Positions 55,402 through 63,816 of a stretch of DNA of 64,000 bases are shown piece after piece. Numbering within the stretch: the first letter of the stretch is position 1; the number at the start of each line of letters is the position of its first letter. The DNA is from Candidatus Methylacidiphilales bacterium (GTDB lineage: Bacteria; Verrucomicrobiota; Verrucomicrobiia; Methylacidiphilales; Verrucolacustridaceae). The stretch spans positions 14,563 through 78,562 of the forward strand of contig JBIKTM010000005.1 in assembly GCA_044348085.1 (NCBI GenBank). Direction: 5' to 3'. A program made the translations under genes and the position numbers. A model generated the notes under the pieces. The model searched no databases and was not told the origin of the DNA. It was given only the letters and a program-made list of their open reading frames with translations.

Positions 55402-56733
55402 TTAGTTTGTTGGGGTGGGGCGGGCGAGAGTGGATTCCTGCTTGGTGCTTTCTTGCTGGAGCTCGTTTTCTAATTCGCGGATCTGTTTGCGCTGGTACTC
55501 GCTGACCTCGCGTTCGATCGCAGAGATAGCAGCCCGTCGGGCGGATCGTTCCTGTTCGAGCCGTTTTTCCTGCTCGGAGTTAGCTATGATGGCCCCAATT
55601 AACATGCCTGCTAAAGCTCCTGCTCCAGCGCCGATGGCGGCTCCATCTCCCCCTCCTGCCATCGCACCAATTCCGGCTCCGGTTGCGGCTCCGCTGACCA
55701 TTCCGACTCCTGCGCCTGTAGGGACACCACTTCCTGAGCCGATTCCTTTACTTTTGGCGGCATTGGGTGCGGAGGCCATGAGCTGGGCACGGTACTGCTT
55801 CACGTCTGCTCGGATGGATTCAAGTCGGTCGTCCAGCGCTTGGGTGGCGGCTCGGCGTTTTGCGTCGCTGTTTTCGAGTTCGCCCCGGGAGCGGAGAAGG
55901 GAGGGAGGAGGGGTGGTAGATTCACGAACAAAGATTGATTCGAGTGCGGGAATTCGAGTGAAGGGGAGGAGATCAGCCTCGAGAGCCACCCATCGACCTG
56001 AGGTGCGAGTGGCACGGCGTAGGGTCCAACCTCCCTCAAAAGTTGTACCTGCGGGGAGGACGTTTTTGGCGGCAGCGAAATCAAAGACTTTTCCAGGGGG
56101 AAGATCGTATGCGTAGACAATTTTCGGCAGCAGGCGGCGGTGGTCGTCTGAACCATGTTTAGCCGTTGGTGCAGAAACGACTGGGGCGATGAGAATATCT
56201 TCTTTTGCGCGTAGAGAGATGGCGTAGTCGACCGAGACGCCCTCATCTTCGATTTTGAGGCGGCGAGGTTGAAGTGAGACGAGCTCGATTTGTTGGGGGA
56301 TGCGACGAATCAGGACTGAGCGGGCGAGGCCTTCGGGAGGGAGGTAGCGCCAGCGTTGCCAAGGGCCAAGAGTTGCCTTGTCGAGAGATAGAGGCATGGG
56401 CAGGACGGGAGTGGTGGGGGAGTTCGGGGATTCTGAGGAGAGGCGCGCAAGTTCGCGAAGAGAGGTGCTCCAGCGTGCATATTCGGCTTGGAGAGCTTGG
56501 GGGGAGCGAATCTCATCATCATTTTTTGAGTAGAAAGAGCTTTGAAAGATGAGAATGAAAGTGAGAAGAGAGAGAGTAAGAAGGGCAATTGCGGAAGCGA
56601 GCCAGGCGACATACTTACGCCATGGGCGGAGGGTTGGGGGAGGGGATTGCGGTGGGGGGGTGGGCAGTATTGTGGGGACAGGTTTGGGCTGAAGGGAGGG
56701 TTGGATGCGGCGAGGGGGTCCTGACCGGAACAT
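55402..56733 (-). CDS. Hypothetical membrane-anchored protein with glycine zipper and coiled coil
   Basis: 443-aa ORF; one N-terminal TM; GAGVGMVSGAATGAGIGAMAGG..GAGAGALAG; E/R/Q-rich C-terminus. Confidence 0.65.
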   Translation of the reverse strand: MFRSGPPRRIQPSLQPKPVPTILPTPPPQSPPPTLRPWRKYVAWLASAIALLTLSLLTFILIFQSSFYSKNDDEIRSPQALQAEYARWSTSLRELARLSSESPNSPTTPVLPMPLSLDKATLGPWQRWRYLPPEGLARSVLIRRIPQQIELVSLQPRRLKIEDEGVSVDYAISLRAKEDILIAPVVSAPTAKHGSDDHRRLLPKIVYAYDLPPGKVFDFAAAKNVLPAGTTFEGGWTLRRATRTSGRWVALEADLLPFTRIPALESIFVRESTTPPPSLLRSRGELENSDAKRRAATQALDDRLESIRADVKQYRAQLMASAPNAAKSKGIGSGSGVPTGAGVGMVSGAATGAGIGAMAGGGDGAAIGAGAGALAGMLIGAIIANSEQEKRLEQERSARRAAISAIEREVSEYQRKQIRELENELQQESTKQESTLARPTPTN

Positions 56734-56830
56734 ATAGATACCCTATCAGCGGGGAGTTGCGCGAGGAAGAGGGGCGAGGAGTGGGCTGATTCAGGCTTGG
56801 GTGCGGTTGAATTTACTGCATATTGCCGTG

Positions 56831-57133
56831 ATGGCGGTCAAGCTAACGGGACATCAGATTGAAGTTGTGCTCTCTACCTTGGACGGGTGGAAGCAGGAAG
56901 GCGGCCAGATTTTGAAGGAGTACCAGTTTTCTGATTTCATTTCGGCTGCGATGTTTGTCTCGGGGGCTAATTTGGAGGCGGAAAAAGCCAATCATCATCC
57001 CGAGTTATTGCATCGGTACCAAAAAGTGAAGATTCAGTTGAGCACGCACGACGTGGGTGGGATTAGTGAACTGGATTTGCGGATGGCAAAGAAACTCGAT
57101 GCCCGAGCGAAGTCGCTGCAGGCTGTAGGGTAA
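56831..57133 (+). CDS. phhB: Pterin-4-alpha-carbinolamine dehydratase
   Basis: [29 protein letters not shown]. Confidence 0.9.
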   Translation: MAVKLTGHQIEVVLSTLDGWKQEGGQILKEYQFSDFISAAMFVSGANLEAEKANHHPELLHRYQKVKIQLSTHDVGGISELDLRMAKKLDARAKSLQAVG

Positions 57134-57137
57134 ACCG

Positions 57138-58148
57138 ATGGCAAAAAAAGCGCTGATTACAGGAATCACGGGTCAGGATGGCTCCTATTTGGCAGAGCTT
57201 CTGTTGCAGAAGGGATATGAGGTCCATGGAATTATCCGCCGATCCTCAAGCTTCAATACTGAGCGGTTGGATGGGATTTACCGGGATCGGCATGAGAAAG
57301 GGACGAAGATCTTTTTGCATTTCGGGGATCTAAGTGATCCAAGTTCGATGATCAAAATTCTCGGCGAGACGCAACCGGACGAGATTTATAATCTGGCGGC
57401 ACAGAGCCATGTAAGGGTGAGTTTTGATATTCCGGAGTTCACGGGGGACGTGACGGGATTGGGGACGGTACGGTTGCTGGATGCCATGAGGGAGGTCACT
57501 CCGAAGGCGCGATTTTATCAGGCTTCAAGTTCGGAGATGTATGGGCTGGTTCAGGAAGTGCCGCAAAAGGAGACCACTCCATTTTATCCGCGGAGTCCGT
57601 ATGCGGTGGCCAAGGTATATTCGTACTGGATCACGGTGAACTACAGGGAGAGCTACGGGTTGCATGCATCGAACGGGATCTTGTTTAATCATGAGAGTCC
57701 GCGTCGTGGGGAGACCTTTGTAACACGTAAGATTACTCGGGCGGTGGCGAGGATTCATGCGGGTTTGCAGGAGAAGCTCTTCCTCGGGAATCTGGAATCA
57801 AAACGGGATTGGGGGTACGCCCCGGAGTATGTGGAGGGGATGTGGCGGATGTTGCAGCAGGAAAAGCCGGACGATTATGTTTTGGCGACTGGGGAAACGC
57901 ACAGCGTCCAGGAGTTCGTCGAGGTGGCGTTTGCCCGAGCGAAGTTGGATTGGAAGAAGCATGTGGCGTTCGATGAGCGGTATTTGAGGCCGGCGGAGGT
58001 AGATCTTCTGATTGGAGATGCCTCGAAAGCAAAGAAGCAGCTGGGTTGGGTGCCGAAAGTGAAGTTCAAGGAGCTGACGGAGATTATGGTGGATGCGGAT
58101 ATTGAGCAGTTGGCGGAGGAGCGGGCGGGGAAGCGTATTCGGGATTAG
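57138..58148 (+). CDS. gmd: GDP-mannose 4,6-dehydratase
   Basis: [63 protein letters not shown]. Confidence 0.98.
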   Translation: MAKKALITGITGQDGSYLAELLLQKGYEVHGIIRRSSSFNTERLDGIYRDRHEKGTKIFLHFGDLSDPSSMIKILGETQPDEIYNLAAQSHVRVSFDIPEFTGDVTGLGTVRLLDAMREVTPKARFYQASSSEMYGLVQEVPQKETTPFYPRSPYAVAKVYSYWITVNYRESYGLHASNGILFNHESPRRGETFVTRKITRAVARIHAGLQEKLFLGNLESKRDWGYAPEYVEGMWRMLQQEKPDDYVLATGETHSVQEFVEVAFARAKLDWKKHVAFDERYLRPAEVDLLIGDASKAKKQLGWVPKVKFKELTEIMVDADIEQLAEERAGKRIRD

Positions 58149-59080
58149 TGATGAAGATCTTTGTGGCCGGTCACCGAGGGATGGTGGGCTCGGCCGTGGT
58201 GCGGGCCTTGGAGAAAAAAGGTGGATATCAGATTTTGACCCGAACAAGAGCGGAGCTTGATTTGACGGATTCCAAAGCGGTGGCGAACTGGTTTGAGAAG
58301 GAAAAGCCCGACCAGGTGATTGACGCGGCGGCACGTGTGGGCGGGATTTTGGAGAATTCAAAGCGTCCGGTGGAATTCTTATTGGAGAATCTGCGGATGC
58401 AGAACAATTTGATGGAGTCGGCCTTTGGGAATGGTTGTCGCAAATTTCTTTTTTTGGGGAGCTCCTGCATTTATCCGAAGCATGCGGAACAACCGATCCG
58501 GGAGGAGTCGTTGCTGGGCGGGCCTCTAGAGCCCACCAACGATGCATATGCACTGGCGAAAATTACCGGTGTGAGATTGGCTCAGGCGTACCGAGACGAG
58601 TATGGAAAGAGTGCGATTTCGGCGATGCCGACGAATTTATATGGTCCTGGGGATAATTTTGATCCGGAGAGTTCCCATGCTTTGCCTGGGATGATCACGA
58701 AGTTTCACCGGGCCAAGGTTCGGGGCGAGAAGGAGGTGGTTTTGTGGGGTACGGGCTCACCGAGAAGGGAGTGGTTGTATGTGGAGGATTTGGCGGACGG
58801 ATTAATGATGTTGTTGGAGAAGTACGATGGGCGGGAGATTGTGAATGTGGGGGTGGGGGAAGACTCGACGATTGCGGAGTTGGCGGAGAACGTGAAAAAG
58901 GCGGTGGGTTTTCTTGGGGGGATCCGTTGGGACAAGAGCAAACCGGACGGGACGCCTCGAAAGCTTTTAGATGTGACGAAGGTACGGGGAATGGGTTGGA
59001 AACCGAAGGTAACGATTGAGGATGGAATTGCTTCAACCTACGACTGGTTTTTGAAGAACGCTCCCGAAGCGAAGAGCTGA
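58148..59080 (+). CDS. fcl: GDP-L-fucose synthase
   Basis: [64 protein letters not shown]. Confidence 0.96.
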   Translation: MMKIFVAGHRGMVGSAVVRALEKKGGYQILTRTRAELDLTDSKAVANWFEKEKPDQVIDAAARVGGILENSKRPVEFLLENLRMQNNLMESAFGNGCRKFLFLGSSCIYPKHAEQPIREESLLGGPLEPTNDAYALAKITGVRLAQAYRDEYGKSAISAMPTNLYGPGDNFDPESSHALPGMITKFHRAKVRGEKEVVLWGTGSPRREWLYVEDLADGLMMLLEKYDGREIVNVGVGEDSTIAELAENVKKAVGFLGGIRWDKSKPDGTPRKLLDVTKVRGMGWKPKVTIEDGIASTYDWFLKNAPEAKS

Positions 59081-59101
59081 GTGAGAGGATTTGGTTGGAT
59101 A

Positions 59102-59857
59102 TTAATAGTATTCGACGATTCGAAAGAAGGCGCGGGGGTAGTTGAGGGGGAGGGGGCATTCAATCTTAAGTCCATTACCATCGATTCCGATGTTGCCTTC
59201 CACATTGATCCATTTGTTTGTAAACAAGTCGGTGCAAACCTGTAGGTCGTAAACGAGATACTCCCTCGATTGAAAGCTGAGCAGTGCCTGCCCGTTTTGC
59301 AGCTGGATTGAGAGTTGTGGGGGAAGTTGGGCATGGAGGGTCAGTGTGAAGTCTGTGCTCGGTAAGAAGAGGTTGTTTTTGTCCTGAGCTCGAAAGGCGA
59401 TCTGATAATCTCCAGGTTGATCAGTCGTAAAGATTCTTCCGTGGGCATGAGTTTCTCCGCCTAGGATCACTGGAAAGGCTGGGCGATCAGTTTCTGTTTG
59501 GTTCCAGCCGGAGGATCGGCTCCAGGTTGGAATCGTACTTCCAGATTCCCAGAAGGAGAAAAAAGCTCCTGTGGGGCCTGTCACGGAAACTAGTTCGATG
59601 ACAGGGTCGGATCCATCGGCTGAATTCAATACATTGACCTCAGTGGTGAACGTAAGTTCGCATGCAAAGTATCCACCGGGAAAATCTGGGGCATAGCCAC
59701 TGAAGGGTTCGCCTTGAGGAACAAAAAGGGCGATCTGATAACTTGGGCCATCCAGACCAAGTTGGCTTGGGTTCTGATAGGATTGGCCTACCTCCACATG
59801 ATCGTGGGCTTGTGCCCAGGCGGTGAAGATAAGTGCGGGAAGCAGGAGTTTCTTCAT
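59102..59857 (-). CDS. Secreted/surface His-motif protein, putative metal-binding
   Basis: ATG 59857; signal peptide ending AQA, then HDH; internal ETHAHG..FTTDQPGDYQIAF; C-terminal RAFFRIVEYY of the kind seen on verrucomicrobial surface proteins. Confidence 0.65.
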   Translation of the reverse strand: MKKLLLPALIFTAWAQAHDHVEVGQSYQNPSQLGLDGPSYQIALFVPQGEPFSGYAPDFPGGYFACELTFTTEVNVLNSADGSDPVIELVSVTGPTGAFFSFWESGSTIPTWSRSSGWNQTETDRPAFPVILGGETHAHGRIFTTDQPGDYQIAFRAQDKNNLFLPSTDFTLTLHAQLPPQLSIQLQNGQALLSFQSREYLVYDLQVCTDLFTNKWINVEGNIGIDGNGLKIECPLPLNYPRAFFRIVEYY

Positions 59858-60483
59858 GGGACCAGGAAAGAGGAGTTGGCTTGTGTGAGTCGTCTTTGGA
59901 CTTCGGTCCAAGAAAGGTTTTCTGCATGGCCGTCTGCAAACAGATAATTGGCGGATGGGCCGTGGCAGTTGACGTTTACTTCTCCACGAAACTGGTTCGG
60001 TGTTATTCGGGAAGCACCGCCACGGGTACCTGAAAAGTGAAAATGCTCGCCAGTCAGATTCGTGGCCAGTTCTGTGACCACCATGGTGCTGGAGGGACTT
60101 CGAAACGAGGGTGCTGTCACTCCATAGCCTTGTGCATCTGCTAAGGCATCGTTCCACGCGTAGGTGAGTTTCGATCGATGCTTAGGGACGGCACAGCAAC
60201 TTCCTAGAAAGTTGGTCTTCAAAAAATCGGCCAGAGTATTGGTCCATGAGGAGGCGACCCCCTGATGAGAAGTGCTCGGAAAACGCCCTGAATTCTCTCC
60301 GACGTAGAGTTGAACCGCTACGCCCACCTGTCTCAAGTCGTTCAAGCAACGGGTCGTTTTTGTTTTTTCGGTTACTCCGCGGGTGGCTGCAAGTCCAAGA
60401 GTTGTGAGGGTCGCGATGATGGTCACAACGGTTAGCAATTCGACCAGAGTGAAGGCTGGCGATTTTGTGAAAGATCGTTTCAT
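59854..60483 (-). CDS. Prepilin-type N-terminal cleavage/methylation protein with H-X9-DG motif
   Basis: AFTLVELLTVV, CLNDLRQVG.A..LY, HGPSANYLFADGH (exact H-X9-DG); ATG 60483. Confidence 0.9.
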   Translation of the reverse strand: MKRSFTKSPAFTLVELLTVVTIIATLTTLGLAATRGVTEKTKTTRCLNDLRQVGVAVQLYVGENSGRFPSTSHQGVASSWTNTLADFLKTNFLGSCCAVPKHRSKLTYAWNDALADAQGYGVTAPSFRSPSSTMVVTELATNLTGEHFHFSGTRGGASRITPNQFRGEVNVNCHGPSANYLFADGHAENLSWTEVQRRLTQANSSFLVP

Positions 60484-60523
60484 AAAAAAAGGGAAAGCCC
60501 CGCCCTCCTTTGCGGGAGGGCGG
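60484..60523 (-). terminator. Probable intrinsic terminator between the PEP-CTERM and pilin genes
   Basis: Minus strand: CCGCCCTCCC-GCAA-AGGAGGGCGG stem, then GGCTTTCCC and T7 directly before the pilin ATG. Confidence 0.6.
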
Positions 60524-60538
60524 AGTCCCCAATGGGAG

Positions 60539-61432
60539 CTAGCCTTTGCGCCTCCGAAGCAGGGCCAAGAGGGCGGCGCCGCCCAGAAGCAAGAAACCGG
60601 TTGAGGGTTCAGGCACCAGACCGACGGTGACGTTGGCCCCGTAAGTAGGGAATGTTGTGGGACCTTCCGTCGTCTGCAGGGCGTAATTCGCACCCCCGAC
60701 GAAGAAGGAGTAGTCGCCCGCTGCCAAACCGGAGAAGGTGGCGGTGACGAATCCGTCCGCCGTGCCGTCGCCGACAATCCCGGCCGCATTGCCGAAGTTG
60801 GCGGAGGTGCCATCCGCGGCATGGCCGATATAGGCGAAGTTCGCCAAACGTGCCGCGATCAGGATGCCGCTGGCGGGATCGCCGGCGGTGTTGTAGGTCG
60901 GGTCGTTGCCGATGGACCAGTTGCCTAGGGAGCGGAAGGAACCCTCTTTGCCGCTACCACCGAGGCCGGAGCCGTTGCCGCTTCCAAACTGATCCACCAA
61001 CGACTGGCTAGACAGCGCAGCGCCATCGTGCGCGAGCGCCTCCGTGCGGTAGATCGAGCCCTGCTGGACGCCTTCATTATTGGCCCGCTGAGCCAGTCCC
61101 AAGAAGAGGGAGAAGGCCGGCAGGAAGGTGCCGTTGGGGCCGGTGCCAAGTAGATTACGTTCGGCGGTGATCCTGACGCTCTGATCCGCAGTGAGAGGAT
61201 TTGCCAACGTGAACCGGAAAAACCTTCCGCGGTGACTATCGCCCCAGTCGGCATCGGTAGCATCGGCCCAACCGAAACCGCTTGAGATGGTTTGTGTGGT
61301 GTTGGACACGTCGGCGCTGATGATTAGGGTGCCGAAGTTCCGGTTGCTGTAGCTAATGTGAGCCAAGGCTTTGGTTCCAGCGATCGCCAGAATGCCACAA
61401 GCCATCAAAATATATTTAGTAATCCAGTTCAT
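60539..61432 (-). CDS. PEP-CTERM surface protein with predicted N-terminal His
   Basis: ATG 61432; signal peptide ending ALA, then HISY; DWGDSH, AHDG, GHAADG; C-terminal VPEPSTGFLLLGGAALLALLRRRKG; GC-rich (line 60721: 40/60). Confidence 0.92.
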   Translation of the reverse strand: MNWITKYILMACGILAIAGTKALAHISYSNRNFGTLIISADVSNTTQTISSGFGWADATDADWGDSHRGRFFRFTLANPLTADQSVRITAERNLLGTGPNGTFLPAFSLFLGLAQRANNEGVQQGSIYRTEALAHDGAALSSQSLVDQFGSGNGSGLGGSGKEGSFRSLGNWSIGNDPTYNTAGDPASGILIAARLANFAYIGHAADGTSANFGNAAGIVGDGTADGFVTATFSGLAAGDYSFFVGGANYALQTTEGPTTFPTYGANVTVGLVPEPSTGFLLLGGAALLALLRRRKG

Positions 61433-61506
61433 ATCTTTCTTCTTTCCTCCCGGACGAGCCGGGAAATCTGATCCAAGGGTTCGGACCAGCGGGTTAAATC
61501 TCAAAT

Positions 61507-61540
61507 GGAAGCCAACGCGTTGGCGTGGTTTCCAGAAACC
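61507..61540. promoter_or_regulatory. Adjacent inverted repeats in the leader-to-PEP-CTERM spacer
   Basis: Perfect 14-bp palindrome GCCAACGCGTTGGC (61511-61524) and GGTTTC-CA-GAAACC (61527-61540). Confidence 0.5.
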
Positions 61541-61553
61541 AAGCAGTTGAGAT

Positions 61554-61931
61554 TTAGGCTCTAGGAGGGGGGAGGAGTGGGGAGGCGCGATCCGCGCCCA
61601 TCAGATATTCAGTTGAGGAAAAGTGGGAAACTTCACGGGAGTTGGAAATGCGGCCTGTGACGGTTTCCAGAGCCCAGAGAAAATCAGCGGGGAGTGTTGA
61701 AAGTGCGGAAAGGGTCGTTGGGGTGGAATCGGGACGGGTCTGGGCAATTCGTTCGCACAATGAGCAGGGGTGTTGTCCGTCGAAAGTTTTCTTCAGCCCT
61801 ACGCCGAAACCGGATTCTTGGGAATAGGAGGTGAGCATCCAGCCCCACGCGACCGTTTGAAGGAGCCCTTGCGGCAAGCCGATCTGCCAAGCTAGGGCCA
61901 AGGTCATAACAAGGGCACAAAAACGTTTCAC
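61554..61931 (-). CDS. Small membrane protein with CxxC and C-terminal polyproline (DUF2946/CruR-like leader)
   Basis: 125 aa; hydrophobic N-terminus, TFDGQHPCSLC, C-terminal RASPLLPPPRA; first gene of the 59.1-61.9 kb operon. Confidence 0.65.
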   Translation of the reverse strand: MKRFCALVMTLALAWQIGLPQGLLQTVAWGWMLTSYSQESGFGVGLKKTFDGQHPCSLCERIAQTRPDSTPTTLSALSTLPADFLWALETVTGRISNSREVSHFSSTEYLMGADRASPLLPPPRA

Positions 61932-62020
61932 TTAAGTTGTCTTACTCCTATCCACAGGGACGGTCAACTTATGGAAGAAAGATAGTTGCGGAGTAAGATG
62001 GTATTGCGGATCGTTTTGGT

Positions 62021-62719
62021 ATGTCTGAAGTTCTAATTATCCAGCATGAAGCGGGGGAGGGCCCAGGCACGATTGAGGAGGAGCTCATTCGTGTGGGGCA
62101 TAAGGTGCGTAGGGTTCGGATCGATCAGGGCGATAAAGTGCCAAACGAAGTGGGCGTGATGGGTGGTTTGGTCGTGATGGGTGGATCCATGGGTGTGGGG
62201 GATCAGGGGAAATTAGGCCACCTCAAGGATGAGATCGCACTTTTGAAGCAGTTTCATAAAGCTGAGAAACCGATTTTGGGGATCTGTTTGGGAGCGCAGT
62301 TATTGGCAGCGGCGTTGGGCACCGAAGTGGCGGCGGGAGAAAAGGAGATTGGCTGGTTTCCTGTTCGAAAACTTCCAGACGCGTTTAAGGATCCGGTTTT
62401 ACGAAGGTTGCCTGAGAATTTTCCTGCCTTGATGTGGCATGGGGATCATTTTGCGTTACCCAAAGGGGCAGTCCATCTGTTGAGTACAGACAAGTGTGTC
62501 TGTGCTGCTTTTCGGCATGGGAAAAAGGCGTATGGATTGGTTCCGCATCTGGAGATGACGGCCGCGATGGTGGATGAGATGGTGGCCGGTTCGAGAAAAA
62601 AACTGGAGTCGGCGGGCGTTGAGGTTTCAGGGATTCTGGAGGATACTTCGGAAAACGCCGAACCAGCAGAGGAGTTAGCCCGAGTGATGTGGAGGGCGTG
62701 GATCGGATTGTTGAGTTAA
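62021..62719 (+). CDS. Type 1 glutamine amidotransferase (GMP-synthase-like)
   Basis: QHEAGEGPG, MGGSM, GICLGAQ, WHGD, PHLE. Confidence 0.9.
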   Translation: MSEVLIIQHEAGEGPGTIEEELIRVGHKVRRVRIDQGDKVPNEVGVMGGLVVMGGSMGVGDQGKLGHLKDEIALLKQFHKAEKPILGICLGAQLLAAALGTEVAAGEKEIGWFPVRKLPDAFKDPVLRRLPENFPALMWHGDHFALPKGAVHLLSTDKCVCAAFRHGKKAYGLVPHLEMTAAMVDEMVAGSRKKLESAGVEVSGILEDTSENAEPAEELARVMWRAWIGLLS

Positions 62720-63816
62720 CTGTTTTGGGAAAGACACAGATCCGCAAGGCGGAGGGATGCATCGGGCTTAGAGGCTGCGGCTAGTTTAGCTTTCCACTCT
62801 TTCCAACCCTTTGCATTTTCAGCGATTGCCTGCCGGATCACCTGAACAGCCGTTGCTCCATCGGGGGTAAGTTGGGCGACACCAATCTCTTTGAGGAGGG
62901 CAAAGTTGCCCTCCTCTTGGCCCGGGACAACTTGTGTGACCAGAAAGGGAGTGCGGGAAGCAATCGTTTCTTGGGTGAGTGCGCCACCCGCTTTGCCAAT
63001 GACGAAGTGGTGCTTGGCGAGGATGGATGGCATTTCCGTGGTCCAGCCGAGGAGTTCGACATTCTTGCGAAGGGGGCCCAGCGCCTGTTCGACGCGACGT
63101 GCGATATTCGGGTCCCGTCCTGTTCCAATCGTAACCGCCCAGTTCTCTTGGGCGGCCAGTGACTTGGCCAGTTGGGGCCCGCCCTGAAGGCCTGAGCTAA
63201 GAAGGTAGAGAACGCGGGGTGTTTTCCCCGGAGGTTCGTCACCCGGATGGGGGGTGGGGGCGGCAAAGCGAGGATCCACGGGAAAACCAACAGGTTGAAT
63301 CTTATCCATCGGGATTCCGAGACCGTGAAGGGATTGGGCTGTGGGAGGATTGGGTACGATCCAGAGGTCTGCTGGGGCCGTGGACCAGAGGCGATGAACC
63401 GAAATCGAATCGGTCACAATCGTGATCAACCGAAACGTGGCCCGCAGATCTTTGGGAAGGCGGGCGATGAGGTGAGCGTAGACAGGGAAGGTAAGAGCGA
63501 TGACTTTTGGGCGGTGTATTTCGATCAGTTCCCGAAGGCGGAGTGCGGCGGGACGATTTGTGAAGAGAGTGTTTTCGATCAAAGGGAAGTGGTGACAAGC
63601 CAGATAGAAGAGATTCCAGGCTCTCGGATAGCGATTGATCAGCGTCAGGTAGAGGCGGCGAAAGAAGTCGTTTAATTTCGGTCGGGATTCGGCGAAGGGA
63701 TCCGCAACCACGGCTGTTCCGCCCCGAAGTTCGATCGCACTGGCCAGACCTCGAGCTGCGGCGTTATGACCATCGCCGAAAGCGGCGGTAAGGATCAGGA
63801 CGGGGGTAGTGCTCAC
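62716..63816 (-). CDS. MGDG-synthase/UgtP-like diacylglycerol glycosyltransferase
   Basis: TAAFGDGHNAAA, IVTD, GFPVDPRF, IGKAGGALT, VVPGQEEGN. Confidence 0.85.
   Translation of the reverse strand: MSTTPVLILTAAFGDGHNAAARGLASAIELRGGTAVVADPFAESRPKLNDFFRRLYLTLINRYPRAWNLFYLACHHFPLIENTLFTNRPAALRLRELIEIHRPKVIALTFPVYAHLIARLPKDLRATFRLITIVTDSISVHRLWSTAPADLWIVPNPPTAQSLHGLGIPMDKIQPVGFPVDPRFAAPTPHPGDEPPGKTPRVLYLLSSGLQGGPQLAKSLAAQENWAVTIGTGRDPNIARRVEQALGPLRKNVELLGWTTEMPSILAKHHFVIGKAGGALTQETIASRTPFLVTQVVPGQEEGNFALLKEIGVAQLTPDGATAVQVIRQAIAENAKGWKEWKAKLAAASKPDASLRLADLCLSQNS

Noticed and set aside
59858-60157. 100-aa N-terminal extension of ORF 59102..60157
   Set aside because: It overlaps the pilin gene in another frame; a clean signal peptide starts at ATG 59857.
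60484-60822. N-terminal extension of ORF 59854..60822
   Set aside because: It overlaps the PEP-CTERM gene and a terminator; the prepilin motif begins at ATG 60483.
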